Assembly (NCBI RefSeq): GCF_018350175.1 | Contig: NC_058368.1 | Location: 190,838,001-190,902,000, forward strand | Length of the DNA stretch: 64,000 nt | Direction: 5' to 3' | DNA from: Felis catus | Taxonomy: Eukaryota | Shown here: positions 12,889-25,692 of the stretch, piece by piece | Layout: each line of letters opens with the position of its first letter | Numbering within the stretch: position 1 is the first letter of the stretch | Notes under the pieces: model-generated | What the model was told of the DNA's origin: nothing | What the model saw: only the letters and a program-made list of their open reading frames with translations | Databases searched by the model: none | Made by a program: the position numbers and the translations under genes

Positions 12889-13749
12889 TTGAGGCATTTT
12901 TTTTAAGTGATATTTTTGCCAACCCTTTCGGAGTGAAGAACAATAAAACTTTTATGAATGCATTACATTCTTCTTCCTTACAGTTTGCTCCTCTCTCCAT
13001 CATACTCCCCAAAACTTAGCAAATATCATTGGCTAAGAGATGCCACCTAGCTCAAGTAGGACTCTTCCTACCATTAAAGGAACATAAACCAAACCACAGG
13101 AGACTCTCTCTGGGGCCCTCCTAAATGTTGTTTATGAGATAAGCACGAAACATCCCTGCACTGACTAGTCATTATCGGCTGCTGGGACGTTCGTGAAACC
13201 AGGAGTTAGACAACGCTGATATGCCATAGTGATGATGAAGAGAAGCTCAAAGATTTGAAGGGCTGGAAGGGCTAATTTCATTCTCTTAAACTTTCCTGTC
13301 TGTAACACACAGCTCCACTCTTGGGAGCTCACATTGGCCTGTGGATGGCATGAATCAAGACGTATAGCCAGGCCGAACTGCAAAGTAGGGGAAGAAGGGC
13401 TTTTAGTACCTTTCATATCACTTTTATCTCTTGCACCTAGTTGGCCCCACTTGCCTGTGGCCTCATGCCACATAGCCGTTTATGTCCTCGTCTACATAAT
13501 AGAATACGTGGCATGTGGCTGGTTCAGGCAATCAATCTATAAGGCCCCATAAAAGAGAACTTTTCTTTGTCTCTCTACCTGAGATGAGAAGCTTTTAGAG
13601 AATCTTCGAGCCAGCAGTATCCTAAGAAAACATCCATTCACTTACTTAAACACACCCACACACAATCACACAATCTGCTTTATTTCCCTGGGACATAGGG
13701 ATGCAATGGGAAACAAAGCAAAAAATAAATTATTATACTGAAAGTTTAT

Positions 13750-14240
13750 ATAGTGCTCTACCCAGGTACTGTTCTATAAGCAGCAAAATTTACATAATTA
13801 TTTGAAAAAAATGAACTCCTATGATCCTGTAATACGCTTATGAGGTAGTGCTATTCCTATGCCCATTTTATAAATGAGGAAAGTGAAGCAGAGAAAAGGT
13901 CAAAGAATTTGCTCAGGAGTCAGGATTTTATTCCAGGAAGGTGGTGTTCCAGAGCCTGCTCTTAAATATCTCTTAGTAAGTGCTTTTTGATGTCCTTGCC
14001 ATCATGGAGATTATAAAGTAATAGCGGTGGCAAAGAGGTTAAGTATATAAATATATAATTATATGACAGAATACATATAATATAAAGATAGAAATAGATA
14101 TACCTGTGTAATTCATATGATAACACCATGAGGAAAACAAAGCTAGTAGGTAAGGGATATATTCTTGACAGAGTGATCAAGGAAGGTATCCATGAGAAAG
14201 TGCCATCTGAGCAGAGACCTAGCTGAAGCAAGGCCAGGTT
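13750..14240 (-). mobile_element. MIR followed by L2 fragment
   Basis: cccatttttataaatgaggaaagtgaagcagagaaaaggtcaaagaatttgctc (MIR); gagtgatcaaggaaggtatccatgagaaagtgccatctgagcagagacct (L2). Confidence 0.65.
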
Positions 14241-15197
14241 TTCATCCAGTCTGGTAGTTCTCAGACTGTGGTCTGTGGAACCCTCCTGGCACATAGGCAT
14301 CGTGTGGCTGGTGACAGGGACACTGGGTAGGTAAGAAAACAGGCTGCAGGGCTCCAGCCATGGCACAGACATAGCAGCTGAACTTCCATCTTGTCTGGAT
14401 TTGGGGGTTTCAGATAAATTTGGCTTATAAAAAGATTCCATGACTTAAAAAAATAATTATAGGAAACCACTGATCATGTCCAACCTCTTTAGCTCACAGA
14501 TAAAGAACTGAGGGCTCAGTGCTGATCAGCAGGACAGTTAAGAAGAAAATTCAGATTCCTTAAATTGGAATCTGGTGTACTTTCTAGAACACCGAACTGC
14601 CAGCCTTAACTCACCTTCCTATCCAGGACATTGTATAGTCTCTGGAGGGTAAACATAGAGGGTTTCATCCAACAGGCTGTGTCTCTCTGTTTGGAAACTC
14701 CATAATCAAACTCCAGGCTTAGCAAGAGGAAGTACACAGGTGCTCTAGTTTGTCTCACGTATTTTATTACACTGTCTCCACCTCTGCCTTCTATTCGAGT
14801 TTATATTTTTCCTGATCTTAACCCAATATAGCTGTTGTTACTATGTTACTGTAAGTAGTTATGAGCTACCTCAAATCCTTGCGGAAGTTTGCATGCACGT
14901 GGGGAGAAGGAATATTTGCAGTAGGGCGTTGGCGTGAATATACATTTCTGAGTCTTTGAATAAATGAGATCTGCATGGTGGACCTGTGGGCATCACAACA
15001 GGCAGTAAGAAAGAATTTGGGGCAGTCTCCCTGACCAATGGCCCTCAAGTCATACAATCAGATGTTCTTACCCAGATTGTATGTGAAGTTTGGAACTACT
15101 ACTAAAAATGGCCATTACAGTTCTAAGGAACCTCTGACCAAAGCCCTCAGTAACTCTTATATTTGCAGCATGACCTTCATTTAAGAAAAGTATACAC

Positions 15198-15419
15198 GGG
15201 GCGCCTGGGTGGCGCAGTCGGTTAAGCGTCCGACTTCAGCCAGGTCACGATCTCGTGGTCCGTGGGTTCGAGCCCCACGTCAGGCTCTGGGCTGATGGCT
15301 CAGAGCCTGGAGCCTGTTTCCGATTCTGTGTCTCCCTCTCTCTCTGCCCCTCCCCCGTTCATGCTCTGTCTCTCTCTGTCCCAAAAATAAATAAAAGTTG
15401 AAAAAAAAATTAAAAAAAA
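15198..15419 (+). mobile_element. Young SINEC_Fc-type SINE
   Basis: Full length; perfect TSD aagaaaagtatacac (15183-15197 / 15420-15434). Confidence 0.97.
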
Positions 15420-16489
15420 AAGAAAAGTATACACAGTCAATCCCTCCCAAATTAAAGGAAGAACATGAACCCTATCAGCCCATTTTAATTCTATGGCAAC
15501 CAAAAGCCTCTGAGTAACTATCTCTGTTTCCCGGGATAAACAAACAAACACACCAACCATAGTATTAAGCGTCGATCTACTCAAGACTGTTTGTCTGCTT
15601 TAAAAAAAAAATGAGTAAGCAGCTGGTTCACACTATTGTCCACAACAAATTACAACACACAAAAAGAGAGATACATTTCGGGAACGGCAATCAGCTTCCC
15701 AGTGCAGATGGGCTTATAGATGACCCTTCCATCTTTTAATAATCTCCATAATTTATGTGTGAACAAAGAAATGCAAAGATGCCTTATGCACCCCTCTGAC
15801 TTAGTACAAATCACTTTTATTTACTCGGGCAATACTTCATGGTCCAGTTAACTTCTTAATTAAAGACAGCAAGATGCTCATGTTCCATGCAAGTGGCATG
15901 GAAAATACTGTTTTATGTGCAATATGTTCAGCTGGGAGTTGAAGCTGTTTTGCTTGCTGAGGAGAAACCACTGCAGCCTTCATTTGGTTCCTCAACTAAC
16001 CAGAGACATGGCTCTTCTCGTCACAACTAAATTGTAACAGAGCCTCTTCGGACAAAGCTTGTACTTGTCTGCCATCCCACATTCTGCCACCCCCACCTTT
16101 TCTTTGTCTCATGCAGAGAATGCTGAATCCAAATTTTCAACTTTCTTTTCCCAATCTGCCTCTTCCCCAGTAATGCTCTGTAGTGGTCAGAGAATAGAGA
16201 CCCAAAGAAAGCATGCTCTAGGAGTCTCAGGGAGGGGAGAGTGTGGCCGTAGCAGGCCAGAGCCTCAGCCTCCAAGAAGCTCTGATGCTGCTCTCCCTTG
16301 CCGCTGTGCTTGCATATGATTTCAAAACCCACAGGAGCCAGACTGCTTGGGGAAACTGGGGCACAAAAGAGAACCAAAACAAAAAAGAAATATTAGGGAA
16401 CAGTGAATCATAAATGACTAAGATCTTAAGAAGCCAACCTAATTTCTGAACTCTGCATGGCGAGATTTATACATTCTCTATTCCATAAA

Positions 16490-16830
16490 CCAAGGGCTGT
16501 ACCCTCAAGGGACTTCAGAGCCCCATCATATAAATAAATGCCTTAAAGCAGTTTGGGTATGAGACAATAGTGCCTGGTGGAGACTGTGGCAAACCAGAGA
16601 ACAAATGTCCATCTGAAGAAGGCAACTTCTACTCAGCTCCAGCCCTTAGAAATATCAAACCACTCTGCCAAAGGTTTTTTAAACAAGAATTAGAAAATGT
16701 AGATTTTTTTTAAAAAATGTGTAATCTTCAAACATTTAAATATGAGAAAAATTCATAGTAAAAGAAAAAAAAATACTGCATGAGGCAAATAAACTAGATC
16801 TATGAGCTGGATTCAGGGTGCAACTTCTGT
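16490..16830 (-). mobile_element. hAT non-autonomous element, MER102-like
   Basis: gagactgtggcaaaccagagaac...ctactcagctccagcc motif shared with other MER102-like copies in the window. Confidence 0.55.
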
Positions 16831-17038
16831 CATAGGTTTTCATACCAACAGCTCACTTGATAGTTCACAAGGTGGGTCACTGAAGTTACTTCATTTAACT
16901 CTCATAGATTTCTGAAGTAGAGAATATTATCTCAATGATGAGATCAGCCATAATTAAGTCTCCACCCCAGATAGATCTTGGGAATTCTAGCTGGTGGAAA
17001 AACTCTTAATTCATATCATACTAAAATCAGAATGGAAT

Positions 17039-17039
<1 letters not shown>

Positions 17040-17090
<51 letters not shown>
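17040..17090. repeat. (TTTA)n microsatellite flanked by a 15-bp direct repeat
   Basis: aatcagaatggaatt on both sides. Confidence 0.95.
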
Positions 17091-17091
<1 letters not shown>

Positions 17092-18356
17092 ATCAGAATG
17101 GAATTAAAAAAAAAAAAAACTCATCTTTCCATAAAACAAGGAGATGAAAGATCCAAATGTAGAAGTCCACAGTGAGAATGACCAGCTCAGACTTTCAAGG
17201 AGAATGCAGTATTTTCTCAACTTTCATGAATATTGACAAGGTGGTATACCCTCAAAGCCCATTTTATATGTGGAGTTCAGACTTTAATATGAACCAACAC
17301 TTAGCCTGATTTTTGTACAACACCAGTGTTTGTGTTTTAATATTTAAATATTTTATTACATTTGGCTCTTTATAGATCATAAAATGAGTGGAAATGTCAT
17401 TACTAGATCAAAATGTATAAGCATTTGTAAGGTAATTGATATGTGCTATAAAAGTATTTTTTTTCAGAAAGGTTGGACAAAGAAAAAATAAAGACTGTGC
17501 CAGTACTAAAATAATTTAAGCAGAAGATGAGAAACAAATGAATTGAACATTGGAAGAGTATAATTCACTGAAGGAAAAAATTAAAATTAAAAGCTATTTA
17601 ACAGGAAATAGATTTCCTTGGAGGGCAATGAGTTTGTCATTAAGATGACATTTGAGAAGAGGAGGAAAGACCATCTGGTTCAGAGCAAGTTCAAACATCA
17701 GGTGATATGCGGGCCACATGACGATGATGCTGGTAGTGGAAATTACTGTCACCGTCATGTTCATCATCACTGTTGTCATCATCAGCAACGGGTGAGAGCA
17801 GGAGTCGCCATTCCTGGAACACTTACTTCATGACAAGTTCTGTATTAAGCACTTCACAAACATTATCTTACTTGCAACCACCATGATATAGCCATGAATA
17901 CCAATGTTACAAGCAAGAAAACAAGAATTTGCCAAATTACGAAGGTTCTCAAACATCACTCATCTGTCAAATGGTAGCACTTGCTGCCATCCAAGTTCAA
18001 CAATATAGCAAAGAGGTTTAGCCATGGTGTGATACCGTCTCTTGGAACAGGCAACTTTTAAGAACCACATTTAGTTTTGATATCATAATTCTACACACAG
18101 GTTTTAGTAAGTAAAGACATCTTAAAAATATGTGACTTTTTATAGGATAAGGACATTTAAAAGACATATAAATCTCAAGTCTAATATAATAATTTTCTAC
18201 TTTATTCTCTTAAAGTAAACAATTTTTTTTATCTTCCTCCAACTTCTTTTTCTGCCTCTCCTCCCCTAAACTTCTAAATTCCATATAGTAATGGGCTAGG
18301 ACCCCTATGCCCAGCCCAAGTATAGTTGGAAGTGAGTATAGAAATAAATTCACTTG

Positions 18357-18357
18357 A

Positions 18358-18433
<76 letters not shown>

Positions 18434-18438
18434 AAAAG
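18357..18438. repeat. (AAAG)n microsatellite flanked by an 11-bp direct repeat
   Basis: aaattcacttg on both sides. Confidence 0.95.
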
Positions 18439-18733
18439 AAATTCACTTGCAACTTTCCCATTGTTGTAGGCCTGGTGCAACATACTTTTAAGAGTAGCTA
18501 CCCAGAGTAGCTAGTGTCCCTTCCTTTGTCACTTCACGGGAAGTTATGTAAAAGCACCATCTAGTTGCATCATTCTGCAAAGTGAGATGAGCAGTCTCTC
18601 CAAAGTAGGGATCTGCTACTTTTGTCCAAATTGATTCTTTGTGGTTAAAGGTTTCCTTAGTATTAGTTCATTCAACCTATCTACTAGTAGCACTTGCCAA
18701 AACTTTGTAACTGTATTTACCAATTAAAAAGAA

Positions 18734-19661
18734 GCCTATCAAACACAACACTCAAAAAACAAATACTCCAGTAAAGAAACGAGCAAAAGATATGAGCATA
18801 CACTTTTCCAAAGACATCCAGATGGCTAACAGACACATAAAAAGATGCTCAACATCACTCATTATCAGGGTAATACAAATCACAACCACAATGAGATACC
18901 ACCTCACACCTGTTAGAATGGCTAAAATTAACAACTCAGGCAACAATAAATGTTGATGAGTGTGGGGCGAACACTTTTGCACTGTTGGTGGGAATGCAAA
19001 CTGGTTTAGCCACTTTGGAGAACAGTATGGAGATTCCTCAAAAAATTAAAAATAGAACTACCTTATGACCCAGCAACTGCACTACTAGGTATTTATCCAA
19101 CGGATACAAACATGCTGATTTGAAGGGGCACATGCTCCCCAATAGCCAGCACTATTAGCATACGGCAACACTACTGACAACAACCAAAGTACGGAAAGAG
19201 CACAAATGTCCATTGAATTATGAATGGATAAAGCAACTGTGGTATATATACACAATAGAATATACTTGGTTATCAAAAAGAATGGAATCTTGCCATTTGC
19301 AATTATGTGGATGGAACTAGAGTATATTATCCTAAGCAAAACCAGCAGGATGAGAAAGACAAATATCATATGATTTCATTCATGTGGGATTCGGGATACA
19401 AAACAGATGAACATAGGGGAAGGGAAGGAAAAACAAGATAAAAACGGAGAGGGAGGCAAACCATAAGAGATTCTTAAATAAAGAGAACTAAGGGTTGCTA
19501 GAGGGGAGGTAGGTGGGGGGGAATGGGCTAAATGGGTGATGGGCATTAAGGAGGACACTTGTTGGGATGAGCACTGGGTGTTACATGTACGTGATGAATC
19601 AGTAGATTCTACTCCTGAAATCATTATTACACTATATGTTAACTAACATGGATTTAAATAT
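18734..19661 (+). mobile_element. 5'-truncated carnivore/felid L1 3' end
   Basis: ORF2 C-terminal remnant (aaagatgctcaacatcactcattatcaggg...ccacaatgagataccacctcacacc) and carnivore-type 3'UTR (gggtgatgggcattaaggaggacacttgttgggatgagcactgggtg); possible TSD aattaaaaagaa. Confidence 0.93.
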
Positions 19662-20400
19662 AATTAAAAAGAAAAAAGTACCATCATGTTGAAATGGTCA
19701 TTTAAATGCAGAATTTTTTTGGCATTATATCCTTTAACTTTACAAAATTCTGTGCTAATGCACTCAAGTAGTATTTCTAGAGACAGGCTGGTCTTTGGAT
19801 GTCATGGTAGAATAGTTAATTTAGTGTGTGCCCTTTTCAATCTTTTTTCTGAATGGCACAATACTTACAGAAGCTATGCATCCATGTGGCTAATGCTAGC
19901 ATGTCCTGGGACTTTCATTTAATTCCCAGATGCAAGTTTTTGTAGGGATGAACATTTTCTCATTAATTTATCTTCCAAAGTGATTGCTATCACACTAATC
20001 AATTTGTAGTGACTTTACAGGGTTGCAACCTTCAATAATGAAATTGGATACAGTATTGAACGTTGTGTGGATTGCTTAACCAATCCCAATTCCTTTCAGA
20101 TCAATGAAACACAAAAGCAATACTTCCATTAGTTACCCTTACTTAGAGGGGTTGAGTAATCTTCTTCAACAGGGCACTGATCTCTTTTCAATGGGCAGAA
20201 GAAATAAAGGCAGGTGTAATCTACAGGGAAATGATACTGCAGATACTTCTTCTGAAAAGACCCTCCCAGGGGTGGCTGAAGCAACAGTCAGGTGCATCAG
20301 CAAACAACCAATAAGCTGAAACTGCCAGAATGGAGAAAGGAAGGGAAGTTGCTACGTGTGAGGTTCATGTGAGTGCCCTGCAAGGTTACAACTCAGTAGG

Positions 20401-20495
20401 TATGGCAAAGTCTATTGGTTGCCTAACCAACAGGCCTTCCACACATTCCTTGCTACCAGAACCCCAGTTTTGTTCAGCGGGCAATTACCCCTGTG
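20401..20495. mobile_element. MaLR LTR fragment (MLT1J-like)
   Basis: tatggcaaagtctattggttgcctaaccaac...ttccttgctaccagaaccccagttttgttcag. Confidence 0.5.
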
Positions 20496-20762
20496 CTTGA
20501 AAGAAGGGGAGCCCTATAGATTAAGTCACCAGCTTCTGATATCGCTCTCCTGCCTTTTGGATCTACATATCTGCTTTTACTTTTTGTGAAAATCCAAAGA
20601 GATACCAATTCTACCTTAGATGCCATGCTTAGTGTGTTATTCTCCAGTCCCTTCTCAGTGCTCTGATATCATCCAAAAGGGAAATACTCAAGGTCTATGC
20701 CCTGAACCACTTCCACTATCTCTCCCCAGCCCAACCAAAACAAAGCAATTGCAGGCAAGCAA

Positions 20763-20772
20763 ACACACACAT

Positions 20773-20812
<40 letters not shown>
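20763..20812. repeat. (CA)n microsatellite
   Basis: Direct read. Confidence 0.95.
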
Positions 20813-20815
<3 letters not shown>

Positions 20816-21060
20816 ATCTTCTTTAACTTGAATATTAAATAAATGGTTGAAAGATCTTGATAAAGTGATGTGGACAATGTATTCTTAAAATTATTCAGAT
20901 ACACAAATTGTATGATTCCATTTAAGTAAAGTTCTAAGAAATGCAAAGTAATGTGCAGGACAGAAAGCATATTGGTAGTTGGTTGAGGGACTATGAAGGG
21001 GTAAGGGAGAAACTCTTAGGGGTGAAAGATATATTCATTATCTTCATTGTGGTGATGACT

Positions 21061-21062
<2 letters not shown>

Positions 21063-21114
<52 letters not shown>
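21063..21114. repeat. (TG)n(TA)n microsatellite inside an old L1M 3'UTR fragment (~20890-21190)
   Basis: Direct read; flanks tgtatgattccattta...ttcattatcttcattgtggtgatg...aattatgcttcaaaaaag are L1ME-like. Confidence 0.85.
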
Positions 21115-21349
21115 GCAAAAACACTTCAATGTACACACTTTAAATAGGTGTAGTTTATTCTATATCAATTATGCTTCAAAAAAGCTCTTAAACTATTAAA
21201 AAATTATTTAGATACAGAAAATTTACTGTTAATATATTATTTGGAAGAAAAAAGGTACAAAAGAATATGCAAAGTATGGTTTTATTTAAAAACTATACTT
21301 GTAGGAAATGCCTAAAAATGTACACTGAACTGATATTTAAAAAAAAAAG

Positions 21350-21561
21350 TTTTTTTTAACGTTTATTCACTTTTTGAGAGACAGAGACAGAGCATGAGCA
21401 GGGCAGGGGAAGAGAGAGAGAGGGAGACACAGAATCTGAAGCAGGCTCCAGGCTCTGAGCTGTCAGCACAAAGCCCAACGCAGGGCTTGAACCAACAAAC
21501 TGTGAGATCATGACCTGAGCCGAAGTCAGATGCTTAACAGACTGAACCACCCAGGTGTGCC
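21350..21561 (-). mobile_element. Can-SINE
   Basis: Poly-T, (GA)n, gaatctgaagcaggctccaggctctgagc...ccacccaggtg. Confidence 0.93.
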
Positions 21562-21571
21562 TAACCTGGTG

Positions 21572-21779
21572 TTTTTCAAACAAATGTTTATTCATTTATT
21601 TTTGAGAGAGACAGAAAGCACAAATGGGGGAGGGGCAGAGAGAGAGGGAGAGAGAGGGAATCCCAAGCAGGCTCTGCACATTCAGTGTGGAGCCAGATGG
21701 GGGCTCAAACCCACAAACCGTGACATCATGACCTGAGCTGAAGTTGAGCACTTACCTGACTGAGTCACCCGGCTGCCCT
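21572..21779 (-). mobile_element. Can-SINE (adjacent tandem copy, older)
   Basis: gaatcccaagcaggctctgcac...gactgagtcacccggctgccc. Confidence 0.9.
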
Positions 21780-21844
21780 GGTATGCAAAACTGTTAAGAG
21801 TGCTTCCTCTGCAAGACAGATTTAAGTGATACTTTATTTTGAAT

Positions 21845-22400
21845 GATTTATTATTCAATTTTACAAATATCTACTGAGCATATACCATGTGCTGGAAATG
21901 GCAATAGGGTTAGGGAATATAGTGGGGAAAATCTGCACAATCTCCTGCTCTTCCTAATTTATATTCTTAAGCAAGAAAGAATGTCAAATGATGACAGTTA
22001 CAAGGAGGGGAAAAAAACAGGGTGATGTTTCACATATGCTGTTACACTAAATGAGGAAGGTCTTTCTAAAATGGCAACATGTGAACTGTGAACAGGATGA
22101 CCAGAAGGAGCCCTCTATGAAAAACATCTAGGAGAGAATTTTCTAGGCCTTCATGAGGAGTCAGGAGTTTATTCTGGGTGCAATGGCAAGAGGATGGAGA
22201 ATCCTTTGGGAAGAGGTGGAGAGACTTGACATTTTGAAACACCCACTTTGGCTACAATGTAGATGTGAGGCTAAGAGAGAAAGGTAGCAGAGAGAGATGG
22301 ACATTGCAAGGGTGTAGGTGGAGGAGGATAGGATGATGGCCGCAACCTGCAGGTAGCGCGTGACGGAGAAGAATAGGTACGGGCACTGTTTCAGCAACAG
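21845..22400 (-). mobile_element. L2 fragment
   Basis: ttattcaattttacaaatatctactgagcatataccatgtgctgg...ggagtttattctgggtgcaatggcaag. Confidence 0.65.
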
Positions 22401-22923
22401 CTCATGTGATTTACAGACAGATTTTGTTATATATGCATATCTGTAGGTCTTTCTTTTCTTCAGTGAGAAGATATTTATTCTGTTGTCAGAATAGCTAAAG
22501 AGCTCTATTCACTATTTATTTTTTGAAAGGAGAATACTTTCTAAGGACAATGAAAGACGGTCAATTCTGACACTCTGGTTTCCTTAAGTGATGACAAGAA
22601 AGCATGGAATTTAGCTCACTGATTTTTCAATATTAAAATAAGACTTTTGAGGTTATCATTACTTTTTTAAGCTTTCTGTCAAGTATATCTTTGACTTGGT
22701 ATCATATGGCCATTGATTTTCAGATATGCTGGCTAAAAATTTGCAAAAAGTTCAATTCCTGCACGTGGGCCTAAGAGATGTACCTGTATCCCCTTTCAAG
22801 TCTTCTGAAACACGCTTTTCAATTCCTTTATATGACTCTAATTCTACACCAAGGAAACTTATGTCAGGATATTTTATGCAAAAAATCAATTATTCTACCT
22901 ATGATCTTAAAATCTGCTCTCTT

Positions 22924-23264
22924 GGGGTGCCTGGGTGGTTCAGTTGGTTAAGCATCTGACTTTGGCTCAGGTCATGATCTCACAGTTCATGAGTCGGAGC
23001 CCCACATTGGACTCTGTGCTGACAGATCAGGGACTGAAGCCTGCTTTGGATTCTGTGTCTCCCTCTCTCTTTGCCCCTTCCCGACTCATACTCTGTCTCT
23101 CAAAAATAATAAAATAAAATAAAATAAAATAAAATAAAATAAAATAAAATAAAATAAAATAAAATAAAATAAAATAAAATAAAATAAAATAAAATAAAAT
23201 AAAACAAAGTAAAATAAAATATTAAATAAAATAAAATATTAAATAAAATATTAAAAACATTTAA
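22924..23264 (+). mobile_element. Can-SINE with an expanded (AAAAT)n tail
   Basis: SINE body, ~160-bp pentamer-rich tail, TSD aaaatctgctctctt (22909-22923 / 23265-23279). Confidence 0.95.
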
Positions 23265-23544
23265 AAAATCTGCTCTCTTGTACCATATGTTGCTTAGCCA
23301 GATCATTTATATATTTACAGAAATATCACTAATATAGAAGGCTTGGCAAGCTTTATCCTACAGGCTATTTTTTGGTGGCCCTCAAGGTAAGAACATTGTT
23401 TCATTTTCAAAGAGTTGTAAAGAAGAAAAAAAAAAACAGAAGTCTAAAATATTTAAATATCTGGCCCTTTATAAATAAAGAGGTCATCACCAGTAGAAGG
23501 AAATCATAAGTCAAAACTAGTGACTTAAAAAGTTTAATCCAGAA

Positions 23545-24045
23545 TAAGAAGATTGGTACACACACACACACACACACACACTGAAATATTATGCAGCCAT
23601 AAAAAGAATGAGATCATGCCATTTGTGACAACATAGATGGACTTAAGAGGGTATTCTGCTTAGTGAGCTAAGTCAGATGAGAAAGACAAATACCATATGA
23701 TTTCACTCAGATGTGAAATCTGAAAAAAACAAATGATTAAACAAACTAAAAAAAACCCAAATCATACCTATAAATACGGAGAACAACTCCGTTTGCCAGA
23801 AAGCCGGTGAGCCGGGATGGGCAAAATGAGTGAAAGGGATTAGAAGATACAGGCTTCCAGTTATGGAATGAGTAAGCCACAGGAATAAAAAATACAGCAT
23901 AAACAATATAGTCAATGATATTATAATAATGTTGCACAGTATCAGATGGTAGATACACTTGTTCTGAACATAGAGTAATATATAAGCTTGTTGAATCACT
24001 TTTTTTAACCTGAAACTAATAGAACATTGTGCCAACAATACTCAA
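23545..24045 (+). mobile_element. L1 3' end (carnivore/L1MA9-like)
   Basis: cagccataaaaagaatgagatcatgccatttgtgacaacatagatggac...gagaaagacaaataccatatgatttcactc...cctgaaactaatagaacattgtg. Confidence 0.88.
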
Positions 24046-24859
24046 AACAAGGTTAATAGAGGTAAGACTAATCTAAAGTACAACTAGTAACTCAAAAGAT
24101 GATTTAACCAACTTGCCAGGCTGGGAGAAATAAATGCAGATCGAAGCAATGCTTCTAAGAGTGATTTCTTAAATGCTGGAAATTGACTATTTCCATTCAG
24201 TTCAACATGGAATCATCACTCAGCCCTCCTTATTATAATCTTATCTCATGATTCCTTCTAGGATGTAATTTCTTCAAAGATGAGAGATACTATAAATATA
24301 GTGCTCTTTGTACTTTAGTGCTAACTCAGTGTGCTACGAGTTCCAGTTAAATTTTATAATCACTGATTGGATTGCTGAAGTGATTTTCTCTTTCTGATAA
24401 TTTTAACATCACGACTCCCTTCGTTTTACTAGGCACACAAGGAAGTAAACTTATTGGCAATTCAGTAGTTGCATCCAGTTTAACAGAATTCAGTAGTTTA
24501 GACAGCATTCAGATAAAAGTACCCACTGCATAAAGTTGCTGAATTTCATTAATTATGCCCATTGATGCACGCCATGCAAATAACACTTCGGGGAGCTTTC
24601 ACATTACTCTTTGTTTGCAGGTGGGCATGAACCAATCCCAGAAGAGCAAATGCATTAACAATCCTTTTCAGACAGCAAATTCCACCACCCCACCAAAAAG
24701 ACAAACACAGAAACAAAGCCAAAGAAACAACCGAGAAGAAAAAAACACTCAAAAGCAAAAATTAATTCTGATCGTATTGCTTAATAAAAGCAAACCAGAA
24801 ATCACTTCTATCATGACAAAAATAACAGATGAGAGAAAAAGCTTAAGTAGGAGACTCTG

Positions 24860-25060
24860 GTTAATAGAAACATTTTGGAATTCGATTTCCTGCACTGGAG
24901 TCCCTGGTCTCCTACTTCGTAAGTGTGTGGCTTTGAACACAGTACCTCACTCAGGCTCAATTCTTTAATCTGTAAAATTGAGGTGACAATAATTGCCAAC
25001 CCTATGGACAAATCTGTGGATTAAATTAGGTAATGGTAATGCCTGCAAAGCAGCAAAGTA
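24860..25060 (+). mobile_element. MIR
   Basis: ctggtctcctacttcgtaagtgtgtggctttgaac...ctcaattctttaatctgtaaaattgagg. Confidence 0.7.
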
Positions 25061-25590
25061 CATGGAACAGAGAGCATTAATACCAGATTAATACCAGACC
25101 AGAGTAATTAGTACCATTTCAGAGCATGGTTGCTGATTACTGAATTGATTCTAACCAACCTTGGCTACCTTGTCCAAATTCTTAATGAAAAACAAAATTC
25201 TAGTTCTTTAGTTCTGTGTTTCTAAAGATAGTATCTAAAGCACTTGGCAATTAAAAAATGATAGCAATACTTTTGGGATTTGTATAGTACCTAGAGCATA
25301 TCCACATTTATTTTCTTGGCTTATTTGCAGAGAATCTAGAAAAGTTCATTAACAGAGGTTATTACCCTCTTTTTGGCAGGAATAGAGAAAGGCTCAGAGA
25401 GGTCATCATCATCGTTTACGGTACCACAGCAAGTGCTTATGCTTGAGACTTCAGATATGAGCATATCTCACTACCTATATTACCATTCCTTCCCATAATC
25501 CTCTATACTCTGCTGATGGCTGATGATAAATTTCCCCAGATCTAGAGTCAAGAAAAACAACCATTCCTTTTTCCTGCAGCAGAAACTTAC

Positions 25591-25692
25591 TGGTCGGGAC
25601 TGGATTTCTTTGGCGTAGAGAGGTTGCAAGAATTCGGAGTCTCCTTCTAGTTTTAGACCTTTGTCTGTGATTCTCAGGTTCCCCATTCCATC
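25591..25692 (-). CDS. SGCD: Internal coding exon of delta-sarcoglycan (34 codons, phase 0/0; start of the extracellular domain after the TM helix)
   Basis: Minus strand reads ...gtgcttctatttcag|GATGGAATGGGGAAC...CAGTCCCGACCA|gtaagtttct, with a canonical acceptor and donor. The translation [34 protein letters not shown] matches recalled mammalian SGCD better than the paralogues SGCZ/SGCG. Confidence 0.96.

Noticed and set aside
12682..13019. Recurrent ORFs such as GAPGWRSRLSVRLQPGHDL / GAWVAQSVKRPT (also at 5746, 25724, 63094 and others)
   Set aside because: Translations of Can-SINE bodies, not a protein family.
13962..14441. Longest ORF in the track (159 aa)
   Set aside because: Overlaps an L2 remnant and AT-rich low-complexity DNA; no recognisable domain.
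17594..17833. His/Met-rich ORFs (HRHVHHHCCHHQQ)
   Set aside because: Arise from a degenerate (CAT/GAT)n low-complexity tract next to a MIR; no splice or homology support.
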